In this document: in pieces, positions 1 to 10,577 of the stretch
Layout: each line of letters opens with the position of its first letter
Numbering within the stretch: position 1 is the first letter of the stretch
NCBI GenBank assembly: GCA_964188305.1
Contig: OZ076889.1
Origin: Podarcis bocagei
Lineage: Eukaryota
DNA: 64,000 nt
Strand: one strand, 5' to 3'
Made by a program: the position numbers and the translations under genes
The notes under the pieces: generated by a model
What the model was told of the DNA's origin: nothing
Databases searched by the model: none
What the model saw: the letters and a program-made list of their open reading frames with translations, nothing else

Positions 1-862
1 TGTGAACATTAAGTGTCCACATGAAATTGCAGGACAATGAACTATACAAATTAGGGAAAGTGCAACATACGCATTAAAGGAACATATAAATTCAACTTTC
101 AGCCAAGTCCCAAGCATAGAGGACTTCCTTTCCATACTGTGGTATCTGAATCAATATAATACTACCAACATGTCTGATGCTCATCATTTTTTAAGCCCAG
201 GATACTCTCAATGAGATTTGTGGTGAGGCATAGGGCAAGGCCTATCAAATAAAATGCCCTGCCCTTCTGCATGCATAAACAGGCTCTCTCACCAAAATCT
301 ATGATCTTCAAAAGTATTCTCTAAAACAACCTCACTAACTTTTTGAGTACTACTTTTTAAAGTATGTATGTTTGATTTTGTCTCAAACAACTGATGTACA
401 TGGGGATCTACAACTTGCTATATTATAATAAGGGTGCCATCTGATAGTGAATACTAAAAACTTGACAAATGACAATAATCTTCAGAGCATGACAACAGTA
501 TTAAAACAATCAGCTCATCTAGCAGTTGCTATTAGCTGGTTATGTTAACCTTAAAATATTTAACAGCCTATAAAAACTATATACCAAATTATGCAATATG
601 TAATTTTGAACGCAATTAATAGCTAAATAAAATATGGGGAAATATTATGCTAAATCATGTGTTGCATGCAGTAAGTAGTTATTTTAAGTAGCTTACTTAA
701 TACGTTGCTGGAGCACGGTGCAGCTTAGTTTTAGATTCAGAGTAAGTGTGTGATGGATTTCTACAGTCTACTCATAACCACATATTAGTAGAGTAGAAAT
801 TCCTATAGAACTATGACATATGACACCCTTGAAACATAGCAGTATAGCCTCACAGTGCGGAT

Positions 863-2230
863 CTATTTTTCAGAGAGTTTCTTTTTCAAAGAGGCAGGCA
901 TCTCAGGTGGTGGGGGCCGGGGTAGCTTGAGATAAACCTTAACTGAGTCATAGATGAACCACTGCAGGGCAGTGAGGGTGCCAATCATTAAGATGCGGGT
1001 AAACAGCCCTTTCCAGATGCCTTTCATGCCCAATTTCTTGAGGACGCCTACAGCAGTGCTGCCCTTTTCTTTATTGAGCACAGATATCACAGAATCAGCT
1101 GGGTGCGAGACTACAGCGCAAAAGACGCCAGCAATATATCCACCAACAAATGTGACTCCAAGTTGTTCCATTTTGGTGCACTGATCCCGTGGTTTGGGCA
1201 TGACGTATTTGTAGAGAGCCTCTACAGTTCTTTCAAAGCAGGAAAACTTCATCATGGTGTAAGGGATCTGCCGCATCCAGAGTGGAGCCACCCCCTTGTA
1301 GAAAGCCCACAGCCCTTCTTCAATGTACATCTTGGGAGCTGCCTCCCGCAGTGTGTTGGCAAAGCCATGCTGGGTCTGAATTCGTACCTTGGCAGCTTCC
1401 ATTGGGGACAAAGCAATGTCAGCAAAGAACTCAGCACTGGCTGAAGCAGCGAGGTAAACGCTGGTACGCCACAGATAAGCTTGTTCGGGACCCAACAAAT
1501 CAGAGTAATATATCTTGAAGTACTCGTAGAGGCCAAACTTGGCAAGTCCTTGCATGGAGTAGCCTATGGCTGTTGGAGCCCACCCCTTGACCAGACCATG
1601 CATTCCCTCCTCTTGCACAGTGAGACTAAGCCCCTGAAAAAGACCCCGATAGCGCGTAGGTTCCACCTGCATGCGGCACTTCACCACATCCAGTGGGCAT
1701 ACTGCTGTGTGGGTTGCGCCACAGCTCACCACGCCACCCAGGGAGCATAGTATGAGGTAAGTCGTTGACCCATACTCACAGCTATACTCTTCCTCTGGTG
1801 GAGGTGGAGGAGGGGCCGCTTTTTTGGTTGCAGCTGCTGCTGACAGGCAGCGCCGATGTTTGCACAGAGAGAGTGGACTGCTGTTCAGGGAGGCCACTGC
1901 ATCCATGGCCCTGTAGCCGCCTGAGGCCTTGCACAAAAGTGGGGGTGCAGGGCTGCCGCTGCTGTTTCCCTGAGAGCTCCAGGAAGCGGGGCAAGCAACT
2001 GTCCAGAGGCGAGACCAGAGCTTGGGGTGGGGGTATGTGCAAGACCTAGAGGCCTCCATTTCCATTTTCTCCAGGTTGCTGATGGATCTGCTGTCGATAC
2101 CTGTTCTCCAGGAAGTATAGGCAGCTGCACTCCACAGCCAAGGTATGTTCTGGGAGGTGGTGAACTTGGTGCTGCTAGTCTCCTCCTTCCAGGAACTGCA
2201 TTTCCCCTGGTCTGCAGAAGGACAAGGCAT
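863..2230 (-). CDS. SLC25A3: Mitochondrial phosphate carrier (PiC, SLC25A3-like), intronless retrocopy with intact ORF; start codon uncertain (ATGs at 2230, 2065 and 1906)
   Basis: The translation follows SLC25A3 colinearly from EEYSCEYGS...THTAVCPLDVVKCRMQ through GWAPT, LAASASAEFFADIAL, LWMRQIPYTMMKF and LQWFIYDSVKV to PRPPPPEMPASLKKKL. Carrier signature motifs PLDVVKCR, PMEAAKVR and PADSVISV are present. No introns, stops or frameshifts. The frame is open up to 2380 (TGA at 2381-2383). The ATG at 1906 has a GCCATGG Kozak context and gives 347 aa; the ATG at 2230 gives 455 aa. Confidence 0.9.
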   Translation of the reverse strand: MPCPSADQGKCSSWKEETSSTKFTTSQNIPWLWSAAAYTSWRTGIDSRSISNLEKMEMEASRSCTYPHPKLWSRLWTVACPASWSSQGNSSGSPAPPLLCKASGGYRAMDAVASLNSSPLSLCKHRRCLSAAAATKKAAPPPPPPEEEYSCEYGSTTYLILCSLGGVVSCGATHTAVCPLDVVKCRMQVEPTRYRGLFQGLSLTVQEEGMHGLVKGWAPTAIGYSMQGLAKFGLYEYFKIYYSDLLGPEQAYLWRTSVYLAASASAEFFADIALSPMEAAKVRIQTQHGFANTLREAAPKMYIEEGLWAFYKGVAPLWMRQIPYTMMKFSCFERTVEALYKYVMPKPRDQCTKMEQLGVTFVGGYIAGVFCAVVSHPADSVISVLNKEKGSTAVGVLKKLGMKGIWKGLFTRILMIGTLTALQWFIYDSVKVYLKLPRPPPPEMPASLKKKLSEK

Positions 2231-3340
2231 ATTCAGCGCAAGGGAGAAGGGCCAGGAGCAGATTAATGGCTCCTTTCCCAACTGCCACGAATCCCAGGGT
2301 TCTTCTAACCATAGAGACTCGGCTTCCAAAGGAAGGATAGGCCCTCCCAGTGGGTGCGGACTGTACACTGCCACAAGGCCTCAGTGGGACAAAACAGGCC
2401 TAGCACTATAGAAGCAGGCTTTTAAATACATAAAAGAGGATGGGCACTGGTTATGTTGCCCTAAGGATTAGACTCTCTTTAATAGTAAGATTTAACCACA
2501 ATGTTGAAGAGTTTGCTTGAGGTTAAAAGTAACAGATGTAAAAATGCATTTGTCTTCCATATTTAAATAACCAGAGGCTGGTTGTTCACTCATTCATTTC
2601 TTCCTAACACCTTTGGGAGAAATAAGACAACATGGGATTCCCCAAAAGATGTTAAGCCTTAACTTTTAACTGCTAAAGGTTTGAGTTTGATGTAAATAAA
2701 GTAGACAGTGGTTGTATGTTACTGGCTAACAGATAGCCAGCATGGTCCTAGTGGCTATATGTCACTCAGCATAAACTAAATGGCACCATGATCTCCTAAG
2801 GAGGAGGTGCATGTATACTTAGAAAACAAACATTACTTATTGGATGTTAATTGTGAAAAAAGGTAGGTTGTTAGTGGAAAATAAAGCCGGGTGAAAGAAG
2901 GGCAATATAATGGGAGTTACAGGATAAAAGAGGGATACAGAGAAGTGGGGATTTCAGGATAGTGTTTTGTGGTAGAATGGATTATCTGAGAAATCTGCAT
3001 GACCAGTGCTTGTTTTGTAATGGTACTCACTGATAGAAAGTACCATTGCATCCTTTTTTTTTTTGTTGCCTATGGCAGCCATTTTGTATTGTCTTTGATC
3101 AAGATTACATAAATAAATAAATGTCTCCTGCCACTAGATTTCTGAGCATCAGAGTTTAAAATAGTGATCTTTTTAACCTGAGTGTATTATTGGGGATTGT
3201 AATGTACATAAAGCTAGTTGGATATTTCCATCTCATAGTCAGATTAACCCTCCAGTGTGTGTCCAGGTGTAATCTGTCAGAGACCACATACCAATGATGG
3301 GTGGGGCCAGAGACAAAAGTGTATGGGACACCCCTTCTCT

Positions 3341-3722
3341 TAGAATCAGAGAATCATAGAATCATAGAGTTGGAAGAGACCACAAGGGCCATCGAGTCCA
3401 ACCCCCTGCCAAGCAGGAAACACCATCAAAGCACTCCTGACATATGGTTGTCAAGCCTCTGCTTAAAGACCTCCAAAGTAGGAGACTCCACCACACTCCT
3501 TGGCAGCAAATTCCACTGTCGAACAGCTCTTACTGTCAGGAAGTTCTTCCTAATGTTTAGGTGGAATCTTCTTTCTTGTAGTTTGGATCCATTGCTCCGT
3601 GTCCGCTTCTCTGGAGCAGCAGAAAACAACCTTTCTCCCTCCTCTATGTGACATCCTTTTATATATTTGAACATGGCTATCATATCACCCCTTAACCTCC
3701 TCTTCTCCAGGCTAAACATGCT
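3341..3722 (-). mobile_element. CR1 LINE, 5'-truncated 3' fragment (young)
   Basis: ORF 3426-3776 reads FSLEKRRLRGDMIAMFKYIKG...RFHLNIRKNFLTVRAVRQWNLLPRSVVESPTLEVFKQRLD, the CR1 ORF2 C-terminus. The (ATTCTATG)n-type tail appears as agaatcatagaatcat at ~3341-3368. Confidence 0.93.
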
Positions 3723-6700
3723 TGATGTAAAAATGTAAAAATGCATTTGTCTTCCCCAGCTCTTTCTGAAACCCACTTTTCCCTCACCTACAGGAAATTA
3801 GTCTGAGGGTCACATAAAAGTAGGCTGAGGACTGAAGGTTGCCTTCCTGTGCTCTAGGGCTACAGGGGAGTGGTGCTAAGAATTTTCCATACTGTTGTAA
3901 GAATGTATTAGAAGGCTGAAAATACGTTTTGACAAAGATAAAATAGACCTGGCAAAGCTTTCCTTATTTTCTGGCCAAACCTCTGGTGCTGCCATTGCCG
4001 CTGCTACTACGGCTGTGGCTTAGAATATTACCTTTCATCGTTCTCTCACTGTCATCCGTTCACTGTCTTCTTTAAAACAGCACTTTAAATATTTGAGAGC
4101 TACTAATATGCCCTCATTCCCCTTTTAATGCAAAGTACTGTAACTTGCATAAATGTTTGTTTCTGACTCTACCTCATATTCATAGTGCTAAATTTAAATT
4201 CAAAATTTTTAACTGTAATGAAGGAAACAAAGCTTCAATGTGCTCTCAGGCAGGGATTTATTGTGGGATTGATGTTGTTCATGCATACAAGTTTTTTGCA
4301 GCACCCACACAACATCATTGGCACAAAAATGACAGCCTGTATTTCCCCCTATTTAATCTGGCTTTACACTTTCCATGGAATTTTCAGTAAGTTAAAGAAT
4401 ACCTCTTGCCCATTTGCTTCCTGTAAATGGCCCATTTGTAATAAGGTGCTATCTGGAAGCACCATTAAGTTTAATGTTTTCAAGGATAAATGATGAGCAT
4501 ATTAGTTGTCTCCACTACATGCAAAAGGAGAATGCTAGGCAACTAACTACAGTATGTGGCTGTTTCATTTCCTCATGTTACTGTGTTTTGCAAGCAAACT
4601 GCAGCTTCACAAAAATGGCCAAGAGGGACAATGTCAGGGCCTGAGAGGAGGTCTGCTTTTAAAGCAGATTGCTTGTCCTGCTGTGAAGTAGCAAAAAGCT
4701 AGAGAGGGCAGTGCCTGGAGGAGGCACTGCTGTGTAGGTCAAGTTCTTCGACAGCAGAACCCTCTAGCAGAAGTTGACCTTTCAGCAACTGTTGGACACA
4801 ATAGCTCCTGAGCAGTTTCTGAAAGGACTTCTGAAAGTATCTATTTTCACAAAATTAGAGTTGTGGACAATGAACCAGATTCGTGATCCACATCTGCTTC
4901 TTTTTCCTGGAGTGGTGGTATGGTTTAAAGCTGGTATGTGTTCCCAGATCTGTTTCCTTCACAATAGAAAGTCCTGGATTCTTGTACATTTCAGAAGGTT
5001 AGCGGCACCCATATTTAACAATATAATCTATGAAAAGAACACAGTCACTTCAGAGGTTAGCTGGGTAAACAGTACATGAAGTTTTGTAGATATCAGGGAA
5101 TTTCTGAAGCTGCACTTGGCCATTTTCTCTAAGCCAGCCTTTTTGGACATGGATATTTGGCTAATGGACATTTTTTAAAAACTGATGCAGTTTTTATAGG
5201 TTTTTATTTTCACTAAAATTCTGTTTCTGTTAGTTCTTGTTTGTTCCATTGGGAGGCTCAGACTTCACTATTAACCATTGTAAAAAAAAACCCTCTTTTT
5301 TTACCTCAACTTTTCCTTTGAGTCCCCAGAAACCATTTCCTTAATTTTATAAGACTAACAATTTAGAAAAACTTTTAACCAGTTTGGACTGATTGAAGTT
5401 TAGGAAGATGCATTTTAGGGGGAATTAACACGTATACATGCATTATTGGTAGTTTGGTTAATTATTTTTATTTGCAACTCTAACCTTGCTTTCCATTTAT
5501 AAATTGCAGTTTTATATTTCATTCATACATTCTTTTTATTCTTATATTTCAGTTATTGCAGAGTTTTTATATTTTTCTCATTTATATGCTTTGATTTAAT
5601 AAATATTTGCAATTTGTTTTGTTTTTCAGTATATACATACATAAGAGGGGATCAGCATTGCACCCATTGCCTCTGCCCATGATTTCTATGTGTTAAGTGA
5701 AAGTGAACCTTTTTGGTTATAATTTATCTGTTTCTGTTTTTAACGTTGTTTTTATATTGATGCATGATACTTTTAACTTGTAACTCTGAAATTGCTTGCA
5801 ATGAAGAAAGGGATATAAATATTTATAACAAATAAATAACAGTGTGAAATTGGCCTCTGTGTGTATAGCTATGACCCTGTGTGAACAGGGTTCCCAATTT
5901 ATTAACAGACTTTTGCACAATTAAGTACTGTACAGTGTACAGCAATTAGCTTGATGGTTATATAGCTTGCCTTGTAACATACTGAATATCTTGTGTGGCT
6001 GTTTGGAGTTTTTAAAGAAGGCATATTAGTGCCTGTAAATGAGCTATCCATAATTGTCCAGCAGTAAAAGCTGACCAAGAAATCTGGCAGAAATGGGTGG
6101 AAAAACAGCTGAAATAATATTTTTGTGTGAAACAATAGTTTATGGTTGCCCTTCATTTATTTTGTGAAAACAAGGTATTGTATAACTAAAGGCATACATA
6201 AGTTGCTTGTTTCTGTAAATGTACTATATGGAAAACTCAAATAATAAAATGAACAAAGCATTGAGGATGCTGTCCCATAATATCTGAGGGACCACATGTT
6301 CTCCACTTATAAAATATGTGAAGCTGGCCTGTTTTTAATTAACCAAAAGCCAACACTGGTTTAAGCAGCCCCAGGTAGGGCCAGCACAATAATCACTGAG
6401 CCATGGGGTTAACCAGTGCCAGTAAAACAACACTATCTCAGTGAATGCTGCCGCCCTCATGTCCTGTTAAAGCTCAAAATTGAGCAGCCTGCTTCTTAAG
6501 AAAAATTATTGCAGAACCACTAAAAGACTGAGTTCCTTATCTTCTGTTAGCAATTGCCTGCAGTCCTTAAACCAAAAGCTCCACCTCCCTTCTGACAGAG
6601 GGAGAAGGGAGTCAGCAAGCTTAGAACACTTTGTGTGTATGATTTTAAAATACAAAGGTTTTTGAGGATATGCAATGCCACCCATCCACCTATTACTCTG

Positions 6701-6890
6701 TTCAAGTCTGCTACAGGAGTTCTACTGTATTCTGGGGGCTGGCCAATTGTTTCTTTTCTTTTTGGAGCTGAACTCCTCCCCTTCTGCAGGCCCAGGCTTA
6801 CTAGCTATATTGTAGCTATTCTCTGCAGCTTCTAAGAGCAGATTCAGACCTGCTGCCTTGGTGTGGTGGGCCTGCAGAGGGTTGCCTGCC

Positions 6891-7323
6891 ATGGAGTCCC
6901 AAGACGCAGCTGCTCAGTCTCTCCGGGCCCCCAAATGCTCACGCTGCCGGAACCACGGCTTTGTGGTACCCGTGAAGGGCCACGCAGGCCACTGCCGCTG
7001 GAAGCAGTGCCCATGTGAAAAATGTGCTCTCATTACTGAACGCCAGAAGATCATGGCTGCGCAGAAGGCCTTGAAGAGGCAGGGACCGGACTCGCCACTC
7101 AGGGAAATGTTGCCACCTGGTCAGCACAGTCCAAGCGATGAACAGGTGGCAACCACAGGTAGCGGCAGAAAGTGCTCCAGGCTGAATCTTTCAGAACCCC
7201 ACAACCAGGGGTCTGTTGTGCAGGAAGGAGCCAAGGGGACTTCTGCAGCAGTTGGCCACTCTGTGAGGACAAGGACTGCCAGGACACCACCCAAACCCAA
7301 CTCTCCAACTTTCATAGACTTAG
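6891..7323 (+). CDS. DMRTB1: DMRTB1 (DMRT6) coding exon 1, containing the DM zinc domain
   Basis: GCCATGG start at 6891. [51 protein letters not shown] is the DMRTB1-type DM domain (CSRC, KGHAG and [10 protein letters not shown] are diagnostic). Donor AG|GTATGT after 7323, phase 1. Confidence 0.95.
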
Positions 7324-7380
7324 GTATGTGGTCCAGCTCAAAGCTCTGCTTCAAACAGGCTGGTGTGTTGCTAGCCATTA

Positions 7381-7458
7381 TTTTAATGTATTTTTAATCT
7401 TTGTTGGAAGCTGCCCAGCCAGATGGGCGGGGTACAAATAAATAATAATAATAATAAT
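7381..7458 (+). mobile_element. L2-family LINE 3'-end fragment with (AAT)n tail, internally deleted
   Basis: ttggaagctgcccagccagatgggcggggtacaaataaat(aat)n matches the 3' end of the longer L2 copy at 55165-55598. Confidence 0.7.
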
Positions 7459-8428
7459 ATTTTTTTTTTATTTTTTTTTGCATATATGCACCAAATGTTC
7501 CACCTGCTCTGCCTCAAGAATTTCTGTTTTCTGTTGTGGGGATTTGGTACTGGTGCTATTTTGGGATTTCTTCTTCCCTGAAAAGATAGCATGGATTTAT
7601 TTATTTATTTATTTATTTTGCAGTTCCATATCCTGCTTGAGGACTTTGTAGCTGCAGGAATTTAGTCTTGGAGGCTGCTTGACCATGTTTCATTGTTGCA
7701 GAAAAGAAAGAAAAACCACCCCTCAAATCTATGCAGCCGGTCTTTGTTTTAAGAGTGAAATGAGCTTGCAGCAGGCCCTGCGCAGCACTGAATTGCCAAT
7801 AGAGCAACAAGACTAACCCAGAGTCTAGACTTAAAATGAAGTTTGTTGTATTTTACAGACATCTCCTTTAGCAAGGGGAATATATCACAGCCAGTGCAAA
7901 TAAACAGGGAAGTTACTGCCATTTGTTGGGACCGGGTGTGTAAAATATAAAAGAGAAAAGCAAACCTGGGATTTGACTGTCATCTTACGAAAAATTATTT
8001 TTGCAATGAAAGTGGTGCTCATATGTGGCTGCTTTTACAAATATCTAGAGCTGCAGTGAATTTTGGGAGGGAAAAATCAAGATCTAATTTTGCAAAATTA
8101 AATTTTATTTTACAATACTTAGATTTTTTTGGTCAGCATTCTCATTATTGAATTTAAGGGTTAAAGTAACAACATGGAGTTTAGAAAATGTTAAATCTAG
8201 CAAGTTGATAGCAATACTGCCTTAAATCAATAAGCCGTAAGTAAAACAAATTTATCAAAAACATATATGTTGCAAAATGTTGTATTTAAGCTCTGCAATT
8301 TTCCTCAGTTTTAACTTTTCAGAACATGTTGGTTCAGTTCTAAAAAATATGTGGTTAATATGACTTCAACATGCTCTCTAGCTGTTTCATTCTATTATCT
8401 CTATTTTGTGCTACCTTTAATTGTGGTT

Positions 8429-8441
8429 TGCCATCTACTGG
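8429..8441 (-). promoter_or_regulatory. Candidate CTCF site (DMRTB1 intron 1)
   Basis: The minus strand reads CCAGTAGATGGCA, matching the CTCF core CCASYAGRKGGCR. Motif match only. Confidence 0.4.
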
Positions 8442-9486
8442 TTTGTCAGTGTACTAAACACTATTAAAACAGCCTATATGTTACTCTTTTATTTAAACTT
8501 AGCATTAAATCTGTGAGCTTGTTTTCAAATGCATCAGGTTGTGTTTTGTTTTGTTTCGAAATACTGATAAATCTTCCAGCCACAAGTGCTGCAAATTCAG
8601 AGGCCCTGGTAGTGTTTAACTTTGCTTCAATACTACATGGTGTCTAGAATCTTTTAATCTGTGAGTAGGAATGGTGTCTCTGGACATTCTCCAGCTGGGT
8701 GGGAGCCATTTATCCACGAGTACCTCTACATAGCTGTAAAAACATTTAGATAACCCAGCCAGAGGCGTAACTGGGTCCCTTGCGCCCTTGTCAAGGAGCT
8801 GTATTGGTGGGACCACCCCCAGAAAAAAATCTGACTTTACCGTAATAGCCACATTAGAAATTGCTGCATTTTATGCTACCTAAGTACTTGAAGCGACCAG
8901 AGTTAGTGTGAGGATTGGAGGAAGGGTGAAAACATTTGCATGTCTTTGTTCTGTGGTGCAATAAGGATGGTAAGCTTGTTCCACTTTTGATCTCACCACG
9001 ACAGTGGTCTACCTTCATACCACCTTGCCATTTCTCCTACAGCTCAGCTCCCCACTCTTGTCTAAATTCACAACTTTACAGAGATAGCTGGAGAAAGATT
9101 TCTGGGGTGATTATTGCTTCTCCCTGGGCCTGCGCCTCGAGCGAAGGCCTGTTTCACCAGCCCCTAAGTACACCTCTGAACCCAGCTATGTAGGTACAAC
9201 CCAGTTGTAAGGTTCTTTCCCACAGACCTGGCAATTTGCCCCAGTGCAGTGAGAATTATGACCTTCTCCCCATGTTTTGGCAATTTAAGCATCCTAGCTG
9301 CATAGAACTGGTCCTGGATAATCATCTCATACAATCTCAATCATACAATGTTGGGAAGACATCTAAAAAGGACCTACTCATGAATATTCAAATAGTGGAA
9401 GCACAGCATTTTCAAGTTGCTAAAATACATGGAAATCTTATATTGTTTATAACACTATTCCGTTCAACTATTCTATTTCTCTGTAG

Positions 9487-9713
9487 ACCAGCCTCAAGAA
9501 TGTGCTGTTGTGGGCCCAGAATCTGTGGACAGGGAGACTCCAAAAGTGTATTCCGGGTACTCTGGGATGTACCCTTACCATCCATTTTCTGTTGGATTCG
9601 CTATCAACCAAACAGGCTACAGAGGCCCTTCACCTGCCTCTGTCTTGCCCCTGCAAGCAGGTTTCAGGCACTTTCCTAGCAGTCATGGGCCAGGAGGTGT
9701 TGCTTCTATGCCA
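9487..9713 (+). CDS. DMRTB1: DMRTB1 coding exon 2
   Basis: Acceptor ttctatttctctgtag| before 9487. Phase 1 gives DQPQECAVVGPESVDRETPKVYSGYSGMYPYHPFSVGF..., which resembles the DMRTB1 middle region. Donor CCA|GTAAGT after 9713, phase 0. Confidence 0.9.
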
Positions 9714-9792
9714 GTAAGTGACATTTTATCCATAGTACTGCTTAATGCAAGCTCTGCTTGAATGCAGGAGCTCAGGTCTTGAAATATCCTTA

Positions 9793-9795
<3 letters not shown>

Positions 9796-9840
<45 letters not shown>

Positions 9841-9852
9841 AAGAAAGAAAGA
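9796..9852. repeat. (GA)n followed by (GAAA)n microsatellite
   Basis: Directly visible. Confidence 0.95.
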
Positions 9853-10526
9853 AAACCCTTTGCCTCTGGTAGCATCAGTCTTGAATTGTATGTAGACAAA
9901 ACAAAAAAGGGGTAAATTTCAGGGTTATACAAAACTTGTCCCTTTAATTTTATTGAGTTTTCCACCTTTCCAACTCCTGGTCTTGAATATAGATAATATC
10001 TCTGGGAGTGTTTCAGATCGGCTACTATTAGGAACTGTACAAACTGGATGCACATTGGAATGAGCTTCCAGACAGGCAGCTCCTAGTGCCATCCATTCAT
10101 GGCTTTTCTGCTGTAAGCTACAATTGGAATTGACTTTCTACACTATTACTCTATGTATAGACCTGCTGTGTTCCATCCTTGTCACTGGATGTGAAACAGC
10201 TGATGTGGGTGGAAAAGAAGGTCCAAATCATGTGAGCAGCTACTGGAAGAGAAGCGTGCATTTGTTATACTGATAAAGCAGTCTATAAATTTTGTTAAAT
10301 GAAAAAATAAAGACAGCCTTTGTAGCTGGTGCCATTTTAGCAGCTTGCTTAGTTTTGAATCAATATTTAATGCCAGTGTGTATTTTATGGCTATCTGCTT
10401 TTAATCAAAGGGGTATTATAGTGGTAATAAAAACTAAAAATCCTCCCTGATCACTGCCATTAACCAAATTGCTAAAATGGTGTTGGCGACAAAGGGGTTT
10501 TTACTTCATAAAAAAAGTAAAGCCAG

Positions 10527-10577
10527 AAAATATCAATTAAAATATCAATTAAATATCAATTAAAAATATCAATTAAA
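10527..10577. repeat. Short tandem repeat, ~4 copies of aaatatcaatt
   Basis: Directly visible. Confidence 0.85.

Noticed and set aside
2231-2374. 503-aa version of the SLC25A3 ORF
   Set aside because: It begins at GTG; there is no ATG before 2230.
954-2411. Multiple antisense and alternate-frame ORFs overlapping the carrier gene (also over both DM exons)
   Set aside because: Expected shadows of GC-rich coding sequence; no homology recognised.
6858-6890. ORF-track start upstream of the DMRTB1 ATG
   Set aside because: Non-ATG start; the ATG at 6891 has an ideal Kozak context and matches the short N-terminus of DMRTB1.
9340-9355. DMRT-binding-like sites (ACAATGT core) here and near 2498, 38425, 51938 and 63442, suggesting autoregulation
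   Set aside because: A 7-mer like this is expected several times by chance in 64 kb of AT-rich DNA, and there is no clustering.
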